64,000 nt of DNA from Candidatus Obscuribacteraceae bacterium (lineage in GTDB: Bacteria > Cyanobacteriota > Vampirovibrionia > Obscuribacterales > Obscuribacteraceae). Position numbers and translations under genes: made by a program. Where the stretch lies: positions 369,570 to 433,569 of the forward strand of contig JBGAHS010000002.1 in the NCBI GenBank assembly GCA_044226015.1. The letters are read 5' to 3'. Positions 20,634 to 31,146 of the stretch are shown in pieces. The notes below the pieces were generated by a model. That model was not told the origin of the DNA. It ran no database searches and saw only the letters and a list, made by a program, of their open reading frames with translations. Within the stretch, counting starts at the first letter, position 1. Each line of letters starts with the position of its first letter.

Positions 20634-22712
20634 ATGAACATGAGCAACCCTGTATCCAATACCAGAAACATCGCTTTTATCGGTGTTCACCACAGCGGCA
20701 AGACTAGCCTTGTGGAATCAATTCTCTATTTAACTGGCACAATTAGTCGTCGCGGTAAAACGCTTGATGGCACTAGCACAGGAGACCATACACCGGAGTC
20801 AATTGCACGCCAGATGTCCACTTCGGTATCAGCCGTTAACACAAAATATCGCGATTTTCAATTCAACATGCTCGATTGTCCAGGCTTCGTCGATTTCAAG
20901 GAAGAAGTGAAACTGGCACTAATGGGTGTTGACACAGCTGTATTCGTCATTGAGCCCGACCCGTCTAGAGTCGTTCAAATAGAACCTCTGCTGAGGTACA
21001 CAGAGAGTATTGGCATTGCATCAATGGTGTTTGTAAATAAGGTAGACAAGCAAGACAACGCTTTCAAAGAAACACTAGATGCAATGCTTGCAATGCCGCG
21101 ACATGGACATGGAAGACTGGTACCGATTCACTTCCCAATAAAAACAGACACGGTTTTTGGGTACGCTGACATTTTAAAAGTAGAAGCGTTCAAATACGGT
21201 GAATGCGGCAAACCAGAAAAAATGGAAATTCCATCTGACTTAAAGACAAACATTTCAAATGCTCATGAGCTCTTGCTCGAGTGCCTTGCCGATGTAGATG
21301 ACACAGTTCTAGAAATGGTTGTAGAGGGCAAAGAGCCTCCGCTCAACGTCATGGAAGATGACCTCAGAAGCGCGGTTCAAAAGGGAAATCTAGTACCAAT
21401 TCTTGTAGGCTCCGCTCACACTGATGCTGGCGTACTTTGTTTGCTTGATGCAATCATTGCACTGTGCCCTTCTCCGCTTTGTCACAAGTTCAAAGACCGC
21501 GAGGGCAAATTGCTGGAACTAAAAGAAGACGGACCAGTTATTGCGCAAGTCATCAAAACCTATATCCACCCGCAGTTCGGCAAATTGTCTCTAAGCAGAA
21601 TATTTAGTGGAACGTTAGTATCGAACGCGAAACTGCACAACACTTCAATCGAAGGAAGCGGGGAAGAACGCATTGGTGGACTCTACCAATTGCAAGGAAA
21701 GAAACAAGAAGCGGTTCAATCGGCGGGACCAGGCTCGATTGTAGCAATCGCAAGGCTTGAGAAGGTGCGCACCGGTGACACGCTAACAAGCGACCATTGC
21801 CCCATCGTCTTGAATACACCACCAGTAGCACCACCTCTTTACGTTCTTGCTATTGCACCAAAGAGCCATGCCGATGAGGCAAAAGTAATGGCTCTTGTTT
21901 CGAAATTGCTTGAAGAAGACCCTAGCTTGACTTTGGATTGGGATGCTGATTTGCATGAACATCGACTGGGGGGTCAGGGTGAAGTTCTGCTGTCGGTATC
22001 GTTACAGCGCCTGGAACGCCAGTACCATCTACAGGTGAGCGCTGACAAACCAAAGGTCGCTTATCGAGAAGCGATTCAAAGCGCAGTAGAAGCTCATGGA
22101 CGCCACAAAAAACAAACAGGTGGACACGGCCAGTTCGGCGAAGTCTATTTGAAAATCGAACCAGCTGAGAATGGCAGCGGCAATCAGTTTAGCGAATCGA
22201 TCGTCGGCGGAGCAATTCCACATCAGTACATCCCTGGCGTAGAAAAAGGCGCCATGGAGGCACTACAGAGAGGTCCTCTTGCTGGCTTCCCCATGGTTGA
22301 TGTTGCTGTTAACTTGTACGATGGCTCTTTCCATGATGTTGATTCTGATGAAATGTCCTTCCGAACAGCAGCAATTCACGCCATTCGCGAGGCCTTGCCT
22401 AAAGCAAATCCACGCATTCTGGAACCAATTGCTTCAGTAACTATAGTTACTCCAAGCCAATATCTATCGGGCGTTTTATCGCAGATAACAGGACGCCGTG
22501 GACAGATTCTGGGTTACTCTGCTCGTGAAAATGAGCCAGGATGGGACGAAGTAACCGCATTTGTTCCAGAAGCTGAACTCTGGGATTACATCATTGAACT
22601 GCGAACCCTGACTCATGGACTCGGCTTCTATCACTGGGAGCATGCACATCTAGCTCCGGTTCCATCTGCAATAGCAGAGAAACTGCAACACCAGGAGACG
22701 GCAAAAGCCTAG
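20634..22712 (+). CDS. fusA2: Elongation factor G paralog (EF-G2 type)
   Basis: G1 GVHHSGKT, G3 DCPGF, G4 NKVD; domain IV KKQTGGHGQFG and GSFHDVDSDEMSF; 692 aa. Confidence 0.9.
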   Translation: MNMSNPVSNTRNIAFIGVHHSGKTSLVESILYLTGTISRRGKTLDGTSTGDHTPESIARQMSTSVSAVNTKYRDFQFNMLDCPGFVDFKEEVKLALMGVDTAVFVIEPDPSRVVQIEPLLRYTESIGIASMVFVNKVDKQDNAFKETLDAMLAMPRHGHGRLVPIHFPIKTDTVFGYADILKVEAFKYGECGKPEKMEIPSDLKTNISNAHELLLECLADVDDTVLEMVVEGKEPPLNVMEDDLRSAVQKGNLVPILVGSAHTDAGVLCLLDAIIALCPSPLCHKFKDREGKLLELKEDGPVIAQVIKTYIHPQFGKLSLSRIFSGTLVSNAKLHNTSIEGSGEERIGGLYQLQGKKQEAVQSAGPGSIVAIARLEKVRTGDTLTSDHCPIVLNTPPVAPPLYVLAIAPKSHADEAKVMALVSKLLEEDPSLTLDWDADLHEHRLGGQGEVLLSVSLQRLERQYHLQVSADKPKVAYREAIQSAVEAHGRHKKQTGGHGQFGEVYLKIEPAENGSGNQFSESIVGGAIPHQYIPGVEKGAMEALQRGPLAGFPMVDVAVNLYDGSFHDVDSDEMSFRTAAIHAIREALPKANPRILEPIASVTIVTPSQYLSGVLSQITGRRGQILGYSARENEPGWDEVTAFVPEAELWDYIIELRTLTHGLGFYHWEHAHLAPVPSAIAEKLQHQETAKA

Positions 22713-22766
22713 TGATGTATGTGATGGTTGTGCTTATCAACTTTCGATAGCATGCAAGAATAAACG

Positions 22767-22796
22767 AAAAGAGGGCGGCTCAACTGCCCTCTTTTT
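22767..22796. terminator. Bidirectional intrinsic terminator
   Basis: AAAAGAGGGC...GCCCTCTTTTT between convergent genes. Confidence 0.8.
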
Positions 22797-22864
22797 GACT
22801 TCGTAACTTGACTAACTTAGAATCGCTTTGAACAGTTTTGCCGGTAGACCAGTGAGTTCGTGGA

Positions 22865-24844
22865 TTATTTGCCGCCAAAAACCGTTTTGTAAAGCAAGAA
22901 CAGCGTGTTGACATCGCGATCCGAAGGTTCAGTCACACTGTTCTTTTGAAAGTACATTATATCTCCGGCATTTTGACTGTGCCCCATGAGACCGAGAGCA
23001 TGCCCGATTTCATGCAAAGCTGGAGCCCTCATTCCACCTGCGCTCCACGGCTTATTATCTAAGTCGACATAAACGAATGTGATTTTCGCACTGGTTATAT
23101 CTCCAGGATTTTTCAGCGTGCGCTTGCCACTACCAGTAGTACTATAATTCACACTCGCCTCGCCCGACTCCGTTGGGTTATGCAGGTCCTTTCGGCTTGA
23201 TGCCCAGCCAATTACAATGTCTGCGCCAGACGCTGACGATACGAACTGAAACGCTATTCTATTTTGAGACAATTTCGTCCAAGTATCAAAGCCTTCACGT
23301 ATGTCCGTCTCCATATCTTTCGTGTAACTAACAGGAGCCGGAGGCAGAAAAACTTTAATGGGGAAACGCTTCCATGCGCATGGACCAAGCGGAGTGTCAA
23401 CCGAAGGCACGTAATTCCCTGCAGCAGGGTTAGGCGGCTCAAAAGCACCACCAGATACAGTGGCAGCAACATGTCCTTCACCTGACCCAGCCGTTGTTGC
23501 ACTCACACTAGAAGCAGCAGAAGGACCCGAAGATGGTAATATCGGAATCAGTGTCATAGTAGGCATTCCAGGTGCAAGCCCAGCAGACGCGAGTTCTGGG
23601 ATCGCTTGAGTCGGAGTTGGCACGTTAGCTTGCAGCTTTTCAATTGTCTGCCCAGGAGAAGTTGCGACCGCTGCAGGTATTGAAGCATCTGAATTGGGTG
23701 TCACTTGTTGACTTACACTGCCAGCGGCGTTCGATGAAGTATCTGCCGATTTGTTTGAAGCAGTTCCCGAACCAGTTGAAGGAAGAATCGGAATCAAAGT
23801 CATAGTAGGAACTGCACCAGGTGAGGAATTCACTCTCGCGGACTGTGCGGAATTCGTAACCGGCTCGGGCGAGGGTTGCGGCAAAGCCGCTGGAGTATTC
23901 ACATCGTCTCCTGCAAAGGGATCACTTTCCACGGCACTGGCACCCGATGAAGAAGTTGCTTTCGGGGCGCTGTCCCAGGGAGACGACTTTAGGGGGACTG
24001 TACTTGCAGCTGCGACCGCCTTTGCTGCCGTTGAATTTAAGCCTGTCTCTTTGGATGTAAGATTCTCGGTGTTGGTTGAGACCGCATTTTCGGCGCTCGG
24101 CGCAATCGATGTAGGTATGCTGGCTGATTTCAGAGATTCTGCAGGAGCGGACCCCGTCAAAGCTGGAGTGCTTGCAGATGGAGAAGGATTACCCGTCAAT
24201 GGTGTAGCGCTTGGAGGAGAAGAAGAAGCAGCAGCAGCTGTTGTTGATTCATTCGGAGTAAAAACACTCTCGGCTGGAACGCTACTAAAAGGAGAATCAC
24301 TTAACCCTGAAGCTGCAGGACTCTGCGAGGGAGCGGCAGAAGCGAGTGACGAGGATGTAGAACTCTGCGACGAAACGGCAGAAGCGAGTGACGAGGATGT
24401 AGAACTCTGCGACGAAACGGCAGAACTTGTTGGCGAAAGTGTAGAACCCTGCGACGAAGATGGAGTATTAAGAGACGCCCCCTTTCGCTCCGCAACCTTT
24501 CCACTAGAAGGCTCTTCGACTGCGTCAGTGCTTCCGGAGTCCCCGCCAGCCCGAATAATCTGGGACTGCTTCACGCCTTTCATATCCCAATAAGAAATTT
24601 TCAAAATGCCACCGGCTGGAACAACCTTGCTGACCAGCTTGTCCGTTTCCGGGTCATGATATAAAACTTGCACAGCTCCGTTGTTGCGGGAGATCACAGT
24701 AACAAACTGATTGCACTGACTTCTGTCTTCCTTTTCTCCAGGGTCGAGCCAGAGTTTTCCGCCTTTAATCTGGGCAGCATCAGCAAGCGGAAGCGAAGTG
24801 GCTAGAAGCAGCAAAACAGTGATGCAGCGACAAAGCTTTTGCAC
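22865..24844 (-). CDS. Secreted matrixin-family (M10-like) zinc metalloprotease with long Ser/Ala/Pro linker
   Basis: Signal peptide; HEIGHALGLMGHS plus Met-turn DIMY; internal 42-bp repeat at about 24337-24430. Confidence 0.85.
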   Translation of the reverse strand: MQKLCRCITVLLLLATSLPLADAAQIKGGKLWLDPGEKEDRSQCNQFVTVISRNNGAVQVLYHDPETDKLVSKVVPAGGILKISYWDMKGVKQSQIIRAGGDSGSTDAVEEPSSGKVAERKGASLNTPSSSQGSTLSPTSSAVSSQSSTSSSLASAVSSQSSTSSSLASAAPSQSPAASGLSDSPFSSVPAESVFTPNESTTAAAASSSPPSATPLTGNPSPSASTPALTGSAPAESLKSASIPTSIAPSAENAVSTNTENLTSKETGLNSTAAKAVAAASTVPLKSSPWDSAPKATSSSGASAVESDPFAGDDVNTPAALPQPSPEPVTNSAQSARVNSSPGAVPTMTLIPILPSTGSGTASNKSADTSSNAAGSVSQQVTPNSDASIPAAVATSPGQTIEKLQANVPTPTQAIPELASAGLAPGMPTMTLIPILPSSGPSAASSVSATTAGSGEGHVAATVSGGAFEPPNPAAGNYVPSVDTPLGPCAWKRFPIKVFLPPAPVSYTKDMETDIREGFDTWTKLSQNRIAFQFVSSASGADIVIGWASSRKDLHNPTESGEASVNYSTTGSGKRTLKNPGDITSAKITFVYVDLDNKPWSAGGMRAPALHEIGHALGLMGHSQNAGDIMYFQKNSVTEPSDRDVNTLFLLYKTVFGGK

Positions 24845-25102
24845 AATTCATCCTCTCGAAGGCTTAGTCCAGAATAGCAAAATACTGAAAGATGAGCCAG
24901 TAAGTCAAATCGTTGATTCTGACGACATAAGCATGTTATTCGCGTTCGCTGCTAGAAGAATGACTCAATAACGTCCCACGGCATTCCGTCCTCACCTATT
25001 TTCCCAGCAAAACATCTCAATTTAGAGTTTGCATTTTCAAAATGTCAACGAATCCCTGGCTCAACACTTATCAAGGAACTGTCGGGCTCTATCTGAAGCT
25101 GA

Positions 25103-25864
25103 TCAAACCTGGCGACTCCATGGAAGAGCAAACAAAGGTGTAGCAGGCAAGACGAGATTAGACGACTCCGGTTGCTCAGCTCTGTCCCGATCATCTCTCA
25201 CGCAGTGGATGGTTCCAGGAACAACTTTGTGTATAACACCAGATGCGATACTATCGCAATAGAAGAGCCAGTCTTCATGACCAAAGCCAGCATCTTGTTC
25301 TACCTCACGAAACGGTACTTTTTGATAAACAGTTCGTTTAGAAAAGGAAAGTGAACTCCAGGGATTAGATTCGAATAAAAGGTATTTCGAGAAATGCTTA
25401 TCTTCTTGATCAATCAATCTTCTTAAAGCAAGACCTTTTTCAAACGTAAGAACATATGATGGATGCAGAATCAACTCCCGGCAATCTTGAAGCATAAACT
25501 TATGGCACTCCAAAAGCCAGTTCGGTAGAATCAAATCACTAGCGTAAGTCAACGTAACAAATTCACTCTGCGACAACGAAACGGCATGGTTGCAAGCCGA
25601 ACTCTTTCCCAGGTGACTGCCAACAAGATTCTCAACCCTGACGTTTGATGGAAGGAACTCATTACAAAACTCGATTGTTTCATCGTCAGGATTTTCTAGA
25701 ACAAGCAAAATCTCAGTTCTAATGCCATAGGAACCAGCCCGCTCAACAGCCGCAATCGCGCTTCGAATGCAAGGGTGCATTTTAGGACCATTACGGGAAG
25801 CTATAATGGCCAGGGTGATATCGAAACTACAAGCAGCCATCTTACTCCTCCCAAAAACCTTCAA
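25103..25864 (-). CDS. Glycosyltransferase family 2-like
   Basis: EILLVLENPDDET, LGKSSACNHAV, degenerate DxD (YASD), GFGHEDW. Confidence 0.75.
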   Translation of the reverse strand: MKVFGRSKMAACSFDITLAIIASRNGPKMHPCIRSAIAAVERAGSYGIRTEILLVLENPDDETIEFCNEFLPSNVRVENLVGSHLGKSSACNHAVSLSQSEFVTLTYASDLILPNWLLECHKFMLQDCRELILHPSYVLTFEKGLALRRLIDQEDKHFSKYLLFESNPWSSLSFSKRTVYQKVPFREVEQDAGFGHEDWLFYCDSIASGVIHKVVPGTIHCVRDDRDRAEQPESSNLVLPATPLFALPWSRQV

Positions 25865-27782
25865 TTGCTTTCATCTGTTGAGTGAAAGATGACCACGAAT
25901 GCTGACTTCTTAGAAGCGCCTGTGCGCGCAGAACGCGATTGATTGCCTCCTCCGGTGAGTCGAGGATTGCTTTAATCGCAGCCACATAAGCATCGACGTC
26001 ATCGAACTTATCGATAAGATATCCGGTATCTTCTCCTACGAATTCGGCAACACCACCAATCAGCGGTGCTATAACTGGATAGCCTTCCATAGTCGCTTCT
26101 AACATCACTATTGGAAGACCATCGCTTTCAGAGGTATAAAGAAAAATTCCAGTGTCTCCTTTGGGAATTCCTGAAAAGCTTTCATAAAGCCCATGCAAAA
26201 CGATATTCGCTTGCGCTTCAAGTTTTGGAAGCCAGGAATCGTGCAAATGCTCATGCGCCTGACCCCAAACGTGAAAAGTAAGGTCAGGCAATTCATTTGC
26301 GATTGCTAGCAGAATATCCGGTCTTTTGGATAGGCAGAGCCTACTTGCCCAAAGTATGTTCGAATTTTGGGCGCAGAGCCTGGGCTTGCAAATTTTCTCC
26401 ATGTCACGTTGATCGGAAGATACCGGCGTGTAAAGGACAGATTGCTTTGCGCGACTTCGGGCTGAAAAACCGAACTGTGAAGCCAAATACTTACGAAAAT
26501 TATTCGTATCTGAAAACAAATAGCTCAAATTGTCCAAACAATACGCTAGCGAATCAACAACATAGCCAGCTGGAATCTCATCTGAATCAAGGCCGAAAGC
26601 AAACAACGAAGTCGAAAGCTTTGTCATTGATTTCAGTTGCTTGCCATGACGTTTATATAGACTCCAGGCCACATCAGAATTGAAATTTAGAGTGACGTTT
26701 GGTCGGCTTTGCAATATAAGCCGAAGGATAATCTGCTCTTTGTCCGCGAAAGTGAGACCGTCTAGCAACTCATCAAGCACCAGGAGGCGAATTCCAGTGG
26801 GCTTCCATTCCAGAGCTGTCAGGTCTTTCGTATCAGTAATCACCACCAATGGTGCCATATCGCCGAGCTGTTCTTTCACGCATTTGGCCATGTTCATAGC
26901 AACCTTTTCCGCACCACCATGAATTAAGAAAGGCATCAGAAATAAATGACTGAAAGGCTCTTGTAGTGATTCAATCAGCTTGAAATATGCGCGAGCAGCT
27001 CTTGTGTTTACCGTGACCGGACGAGAAAGTGCATCGAGTCGCTCGGTTGCAGGCAAAAGAGGTTCAATTTTTCGGGTATCTATGTAATCTGCCAATAAAG
27101 CCTTTTTATCGAACAAAGGTTCTGGCGAAGAAAGCAGGGGTTCTTCTTCAGAAAAGGCAGGACAGGAAGCACGTCCCTCCCTTTCTCCGTGCAAGACAAA
27201 ATGTACTAACGGGTTGAAGTTACTTGCAGCAATGTCGGGATAACGATCAAAATAGAACTTGGTATTAAAGCCCGAAGAAGGATTAAGACGCATATTTGCA
27301 CCGAATTCCAAATAATGAGTGAGCGGATTAATTCCTTTCAAAGAATCGCTAAGCTGCGAAGAGTAAAAAGCGGTATCAAAAAACCTACTCGGGTTCAAGA
27401 ACCGCTCTGCACCAAAAGCAATGAAATGACCAAGCGGTGTCAACGAATCATCATAATCGTCACCAAGCTGATTTAGATAATAAGTCGCGTCAAACAGCGG
27501 GTGCGGGCTGCAAGACAATTTCTTCTTGCGCAGAATATAATCAATAACAGGATTAAGCTGGTCAGTTGAAGATTCCATCTGCGGAAGATAGAACGCACAA
27601 TCAAAGAGTGGATGAGGATTTAACCGATGCCGCCAATAAAACGTTAAGAAATGCACGATGGGATCAATGCCAGCCAGATCAAATCCAAGCATTCCACTAT
27701 TTCTTACGTAAAAGTCAAAATCGAAAAGCTTGCTTTCCGATATCAGGCGGGCTTGCTGAGCTAATTTCGAACCGGCAAACAT
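25842..27782 (-). CDS. Glycosyltransferase family 4 with N-terminal repeats
   Basis: HGGAEKV, SRLCLSKRP, SESDGLPIVMLEA, IGGVAE; N-terminal repeats P.PLFD..YY / PL.H(F/Y)...G. Confidence 0.85.
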   Translation of the reverse strand: MFAGSKLAQQARLISESKLFDFDFYVRNSGMLGFDLAGIDPIVHFLTFYWRHRLNPHPLFDCAFYLPQMESSTDQLNPVIDYILRKKKLSCSPHPLFDATYYLNQLGDDYDDSLTPLGHFIAFGAERFLNPSRFFDTAFYSSQLSDSLKGINPLTHYLEFGANMRLNPSSGFNTKFYFDRYPDIAASNFNPLVHFVLHGEREGRASCPAFSEEEPLLSSPEPLFDKKALLADYIDTRKIEPLLPATERLDALSRPVTVNTRAARAYFKLIESLQEPFSHLFLMPFLIHGGAEKVAMNMAKCVKEQLGDMAPLVVITDTKDLTALEWKPTGIRLLVLDELLDGLTFADKEQIILRLILQSRPNVTLNFNSDVAWSLYKRHGKQLKSMTKLSTSLFAFGLDSDEIPAGYVVDSLAYCLDNLSYLFSDTNNFRKYLASQFGFSARSRAKQSVLYTPVSSDQRDMEKICKPRLCAQNSNILWASRLCLSKRPDILLAIANELPDLTFHVWGQAHEHLHDSWLPKLEAQANIVLHGLYESFSGIPKGDTGIFLYTSESDGLPIVMLEATMEGYPVIAPLIGGVAEFVGEDTGYLIDKFDDVDAYVAAIKAILDSPEEAINRVLRAQALLRSQHSWSSFTQQMKAIEGFWEE

Positions 27783-27875
27783 CCTTCAACCCTAAACTCG
27801 ACTACATCAAACTAGCTATAATCTAAAGATTCTACCGCTCCATCCACTCCAGAATATTGCAAGAAAACAAGGGGC

Positions 27876-28172
27876 GTGCTTGCACATGAGTTGATGCGCC
27901 TCCAGTTGCGCATCAATACTAACGAATTGGAAAAGATGTTAGATTCAACCGCCTGCAGGTTAAAAAAATTCGCATTCACTGAGGAATTCACAGAATTTCA
28001 AGTGGCCACAGGCTGGTATTGGCACCCAATATTTCGAAAGAAGACTCTCAGACGAATTGAAAACAAGATTCTCTCAGAACGAGACCATACGCAAGCCGCT
28101 TTATTTTGCAAAATTAGAGATAGAATTGCTCAATCGATGCGAATCGTTTCTGAGGACACAGGAATCGGCTAA
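27876..28172 (+). CDS. Small hypothetical protein
   Basis: 98-aa ORF with AAGGGG RBS; stop abuts the epimerase GTG. Confidence 0.45.
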   Translation: MLAHELMRLQLRINTNELEKMLDSTACRLKKFAFTEEFTEFQVATGWYWHPIFRKKTLRRIENKILSERDHTQAALFCKIRDRIAQSMRIVSEDTGIG

Positions 28173-28173
28173 C

Positions 28174-29232
28174 GTGCCAGGCAAAGTTCTTATCACAGGT
28201 GGACATGGGTTCATAGGTGCTCACTTAGGAAGAGCCCTTATTAATGATGGGCATAGGGTTGTCTCGTATGGTCGCTCAAACAATTCAACAACTCTCATTA
28301 GAGATGGGAAAGAGAGTTCGACAGCTCATCAGCAGGTCTTTGCAGAGCTAGACAATTCAAGGCAGCTTGAGAATGCCCTTGTGGACTGCACAACAGTTTT
28401 TCATAAGGCGGCCAGCTGTCCTTCCCCATCAATACAAAATGACGAAAGTCTATTTCAAGGCAATCTTGTCGGAACAAAGGCTTTGATCGCAACTTTGCGT
28501 GCGAACACAACAAACCTCGAACATTTGATTCTGGACTCATCTATTAGTGTCTATGGCGAAGGCGCTTATACTTGTCTTGCATGCGGAATAATTCGTCCTG
28601 ATTTACGCAATCAGGAATCGATTCAGCACTCCACTTCATTCGAACCACGATGTCCAAAATGCAGTTCGCAAATAGAGCCTGCTGACACCTTCGAGACAGC
28701 GACTCTTAATGGACTTTCACATTATGCTCGTTCGAAAGCAGCACAAGAACGCCTTCTTGAAGAAGCCTCAAAGCAGTTAGGCTTTAAGTTGAGCATTCTT
28801 CGTTATGCCACCGTTTATGGTGCTCACCAAAGCGAACGCAGTACATACGGACGATTAATGCGCAGCATAATTAAAGGGGATAAAGTCTATGTTAATGAAG
28901 ACGGAAATCAAAAGCGTGACTTCATACACATCGATGATGTAATAGACGCTAACCTGCGAGTAATGAGCCGCCCCGGCGCAGAGAATGAAACTTTCAACAT
29001 CGGCAGCGGAAAAGAAACTCCCTTGATCGATTTCATCACTACCGCCATCGCACTTACACCAGAAAACGGTCGCAGATCAGCGGTGGAAATCAGAAATACT
29101 TTGAGCGAAGGCGACATCAGGCACTGCAAGATCAGTTGTGAAAAAGCATCAACGGAGCTTGGTTTCGCTGCAAAAATTCCGTTGAAGCAAGGTTTAGCTC
29201 AGACGCTCAATGAGTATGGTTCATCCAAATAG
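28174..29232 (+). CDS. NAD-dependent epimerase/dehydratase with Cys4 insertion
   Basis: ITGGHGFIG, YARSK, RDFIHIDDV; CLAC...CPKC insert; likely GTG start 28174. Confidence 0.9.
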   Translation: MPGKVLITGGHGFIGAHLGRALINDGHRVVSYGRSNNSTTLIRDGKESSTAHQQVFAELDNSRQLENALVDCTTVFHKAASCPSPSIQNDESLFQGNLVGTKALIATLRANTTNLEHLILDSSISVYGEGAYTCLACGIIRPDLRNQESIQHSTSFEPRCPKCSSQIEPADTFETATLNGLSHYARSKAAQERLLEEASKQLGFKLSILRYATVYGAHQSERSTYGRLMRSIIKGDKVYVNEDGNQKRDFIHIDDVIDANLRVMSRPGAENETFNIGSGKETPLIDFITTAIALTPENGRRSAVEIRNTLSEGDIRHCKISCEKASTELGFAAKIPLKQGLAQTLNEYGSSK

Positions 29233-29317
29233 TCCCAGAATTTGGCAGCTTTTTATCTGAGGACCGAGTCCCTTCATCACAGAAACCCTAAATCAAATTC
29301 AGGACAGGTTTAAGCAT

Positions 29318-29755
29318 CTAACTTGCTCTTGTAAGAGATTTTGGGGCAGCGCTTTTTGCTGGCACCAAAGATTGCACTCGAGCCGGCACAGCTGAGTATA
29401 TGGCGTTTCCGCAGGAGGCAGCAGAAAATAATGCAGCTCTAGTAATTTTGAGAATGTCGATAACTCGATTAATCACAATCGAATCGTACTGAGTGTGATC
29501 ATCAATAAGCACACCGTCAACGCCTTCCTGTTCCGCAAAATGCGCAACTGCCGATTGCAAAGGCACAGTAAGCGGTTCTGACCAATGCACAACTTGAACT
29601 TGATTAGAATAGCTTTTCAGCCATTTCTGCATTTTTTTCTTGTCTTCTGCACTATAAACAAGTGCAATTAGCTTCAACTTTTTCATTTCAAATACAACCA
29701 TAAATTCATATCCAATTCTTCGCAATTTTGCAATTCTCGAAAGACGATCTGCCAT
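29318..29755 (-). CDS. Hypothetical protein translationally coupled to argH
   Basis: TAATG stop/start overlap with argH; 145 aa with alpha/beta pattern. Confidence 0.6.
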   Translation of the reverse strand: MADRLSRIAKLRRIGYEFMVVFEMKKLKLIALVYSAEDKKKMQKWLKSYSNQVQVVHWSEPLTVPLQSAVAHFAEQEGVDGVLIDDHTQYDSIVINRVIDILKITRAALFSAASCGNAIYSAVPARVQSLVPAKSAAPKSLTRAS

Positions 29756-31146
29756 TAGCTACAAACATCAGAATTCAATTGCAGCTGGTTCTTGCATTTA
29801 GCAAGCGCAGAAATTACACAATCCTTCCCGGTGCTTCCTGGGGATTGCTTGCTCGACACTGAAAGATGAGGATCAAACAAATCGAACACGTCGTTCTCGA
29901 ACTTATCGGAAAACTGCTTGAACTCCGACAGAGACAGATCACTCAGGGCTTTTGAATTTTCCCTGCTGTAGTTTACGAGTTCAGAAACCGCCTCGTGAGC
30001 GACTCGGAATGCAACACCAGCTTTCACCAGGTATTCTGCAATATCCGTAGCCGCAAGAAAGGGATCCATTGCTGCCTTTTCCATCGTGGCTTTCTGAACA
30101 TTCATTGAATTTATGACTACAACCATAACTTTCAATGACCCTAGAAGGGTGCTTGCTGCATCAATCACCGTGGGTTTTACTTCCTGGAGGTCTCTGTTGT
30201 AGCCGAGGGGAAGTGCCTTCAACGTTATCAATGCATTTACTAGATTTCCGATGATCGAACCTGTTTTTCCTCGAACCAATTCAACCGGGTCGGGGTTCTT
30301 TTTGTTAGGCATCAAGCTCGAAGCAGTAGTTACATTATCGTTAAAACCAACGAAGGAAAACTCTGAACTCGCCCAAATTATCAGTGTTTCGGCAAGCTGC
30401 GAAAGATGGGTTGAAGTGATGCATGCTGCAGAAAGAAACTCAAGTGCGAAGTCACGATCGCTGACCGCATCAAGTGAATTCTTGAATTCTTCGCTGAAAC
30501 CTAGCAATGAAGAGGTCAAGCTGGGAATCACCGGCAAGGCGGTTCCAGCAAGCGCTGCCGCACCTAATGGCGACACAGATACTCTTTTTTTGCAATCATT
30601 GAACCGGTCAAAATCTCTGTTCAACATCTCAATGAATGCGTGCATTGCATGCGAAAAGAGAACTGGCTGAGCGCGCTGCAAATGTGTGTATCCCGGCATC
30701 ACAGCATCAATATTCTCTTGAGCGCAATTCAGCAGAGCTGTTTGAAGTGAAACAATTTGTTTTTTCACCTCAGCTATCTTGCTGGCAGTATAGAGCCTGG
30801 TATCGAGAGCGACCTGGTCGTTCCGACTTCTAGCCGTATGCAGCCTAGCAGCGGCTGAACCAATTTTTGCTTCTAACTGTTTCTCGACGTTCATATGCAC
30901 GTCTTCATACTCTGCAATTAGTTGCAATTTGCCAGAAGAATATTCGAGAGCAAGCTCTTTCAATCCCGAAGAAATTGCTTCGAATTCTTCAGTAGTTATC
31001 AGTCCTGCTTCACTGAGCATTTCAGCATGCGCCAGACTGCCTTTGATGTCTGATTGAATCAATTCAATGTCAGCATCAATAGAGTTGACAAACTGCGAGA
31101 CTGCAGAATCAAGCTCCTGCTTGAACGCTTTTCTTAATACTTTCAT
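29755..31146 (-). CDS. argH: Argininosuccinate lyase
   Basis: EDVHMNVE, LHTARSRNDQV, PGYTHLQRAQP, SSLMPNKKNPD, YNRDLQE; GGAG RBS before ATG 31146. Confidence 0.97.
   Translation of the reverse strand: MKVLRKAFKQELDSAVSQFVNSIDADIELIQSDIKGSLAHAEMLSEAGLITTEEFEAISSGLKELALEYSSGKLQLIAEYEDVHMNVEKQLEAKIGSAAARLHTARSRNDQVALDTRLYTASKIAEVKKQIVSLQTALLNCAQENIDAVMPGYTHLQRAQPVLFSHAMHAFIEMLNRDFDRFNDCKKRVSVSPLGAAALAGTALPVIPSLTSSLLGFSEEFKNSLDAVSDRDFALEFLSAACITSTHLSQLAETLIIWASSEFSFVGFNDNVTTASSLMPNKKNPDPVELVRGKTGSIIGNLVNALITLKALPLGYNRDLQEVKPTVIDAASTLLGSLKVMVVVINSMNVQKATMEKAAMDPFLAATDIAEYLVKAGVAFRVAHEAVSELVNYSRENSKALSDLSLSEFKQFSDKFENDVFDLFDPHLSVSSKQSPGSTGKDCVISALAKCKNQLQLNSDVCS

Noticed and set aside
23751..24593. 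280-aa plus-strand ORF
   Set aside because: Antisense shadow of the low-complexity matrixin linker
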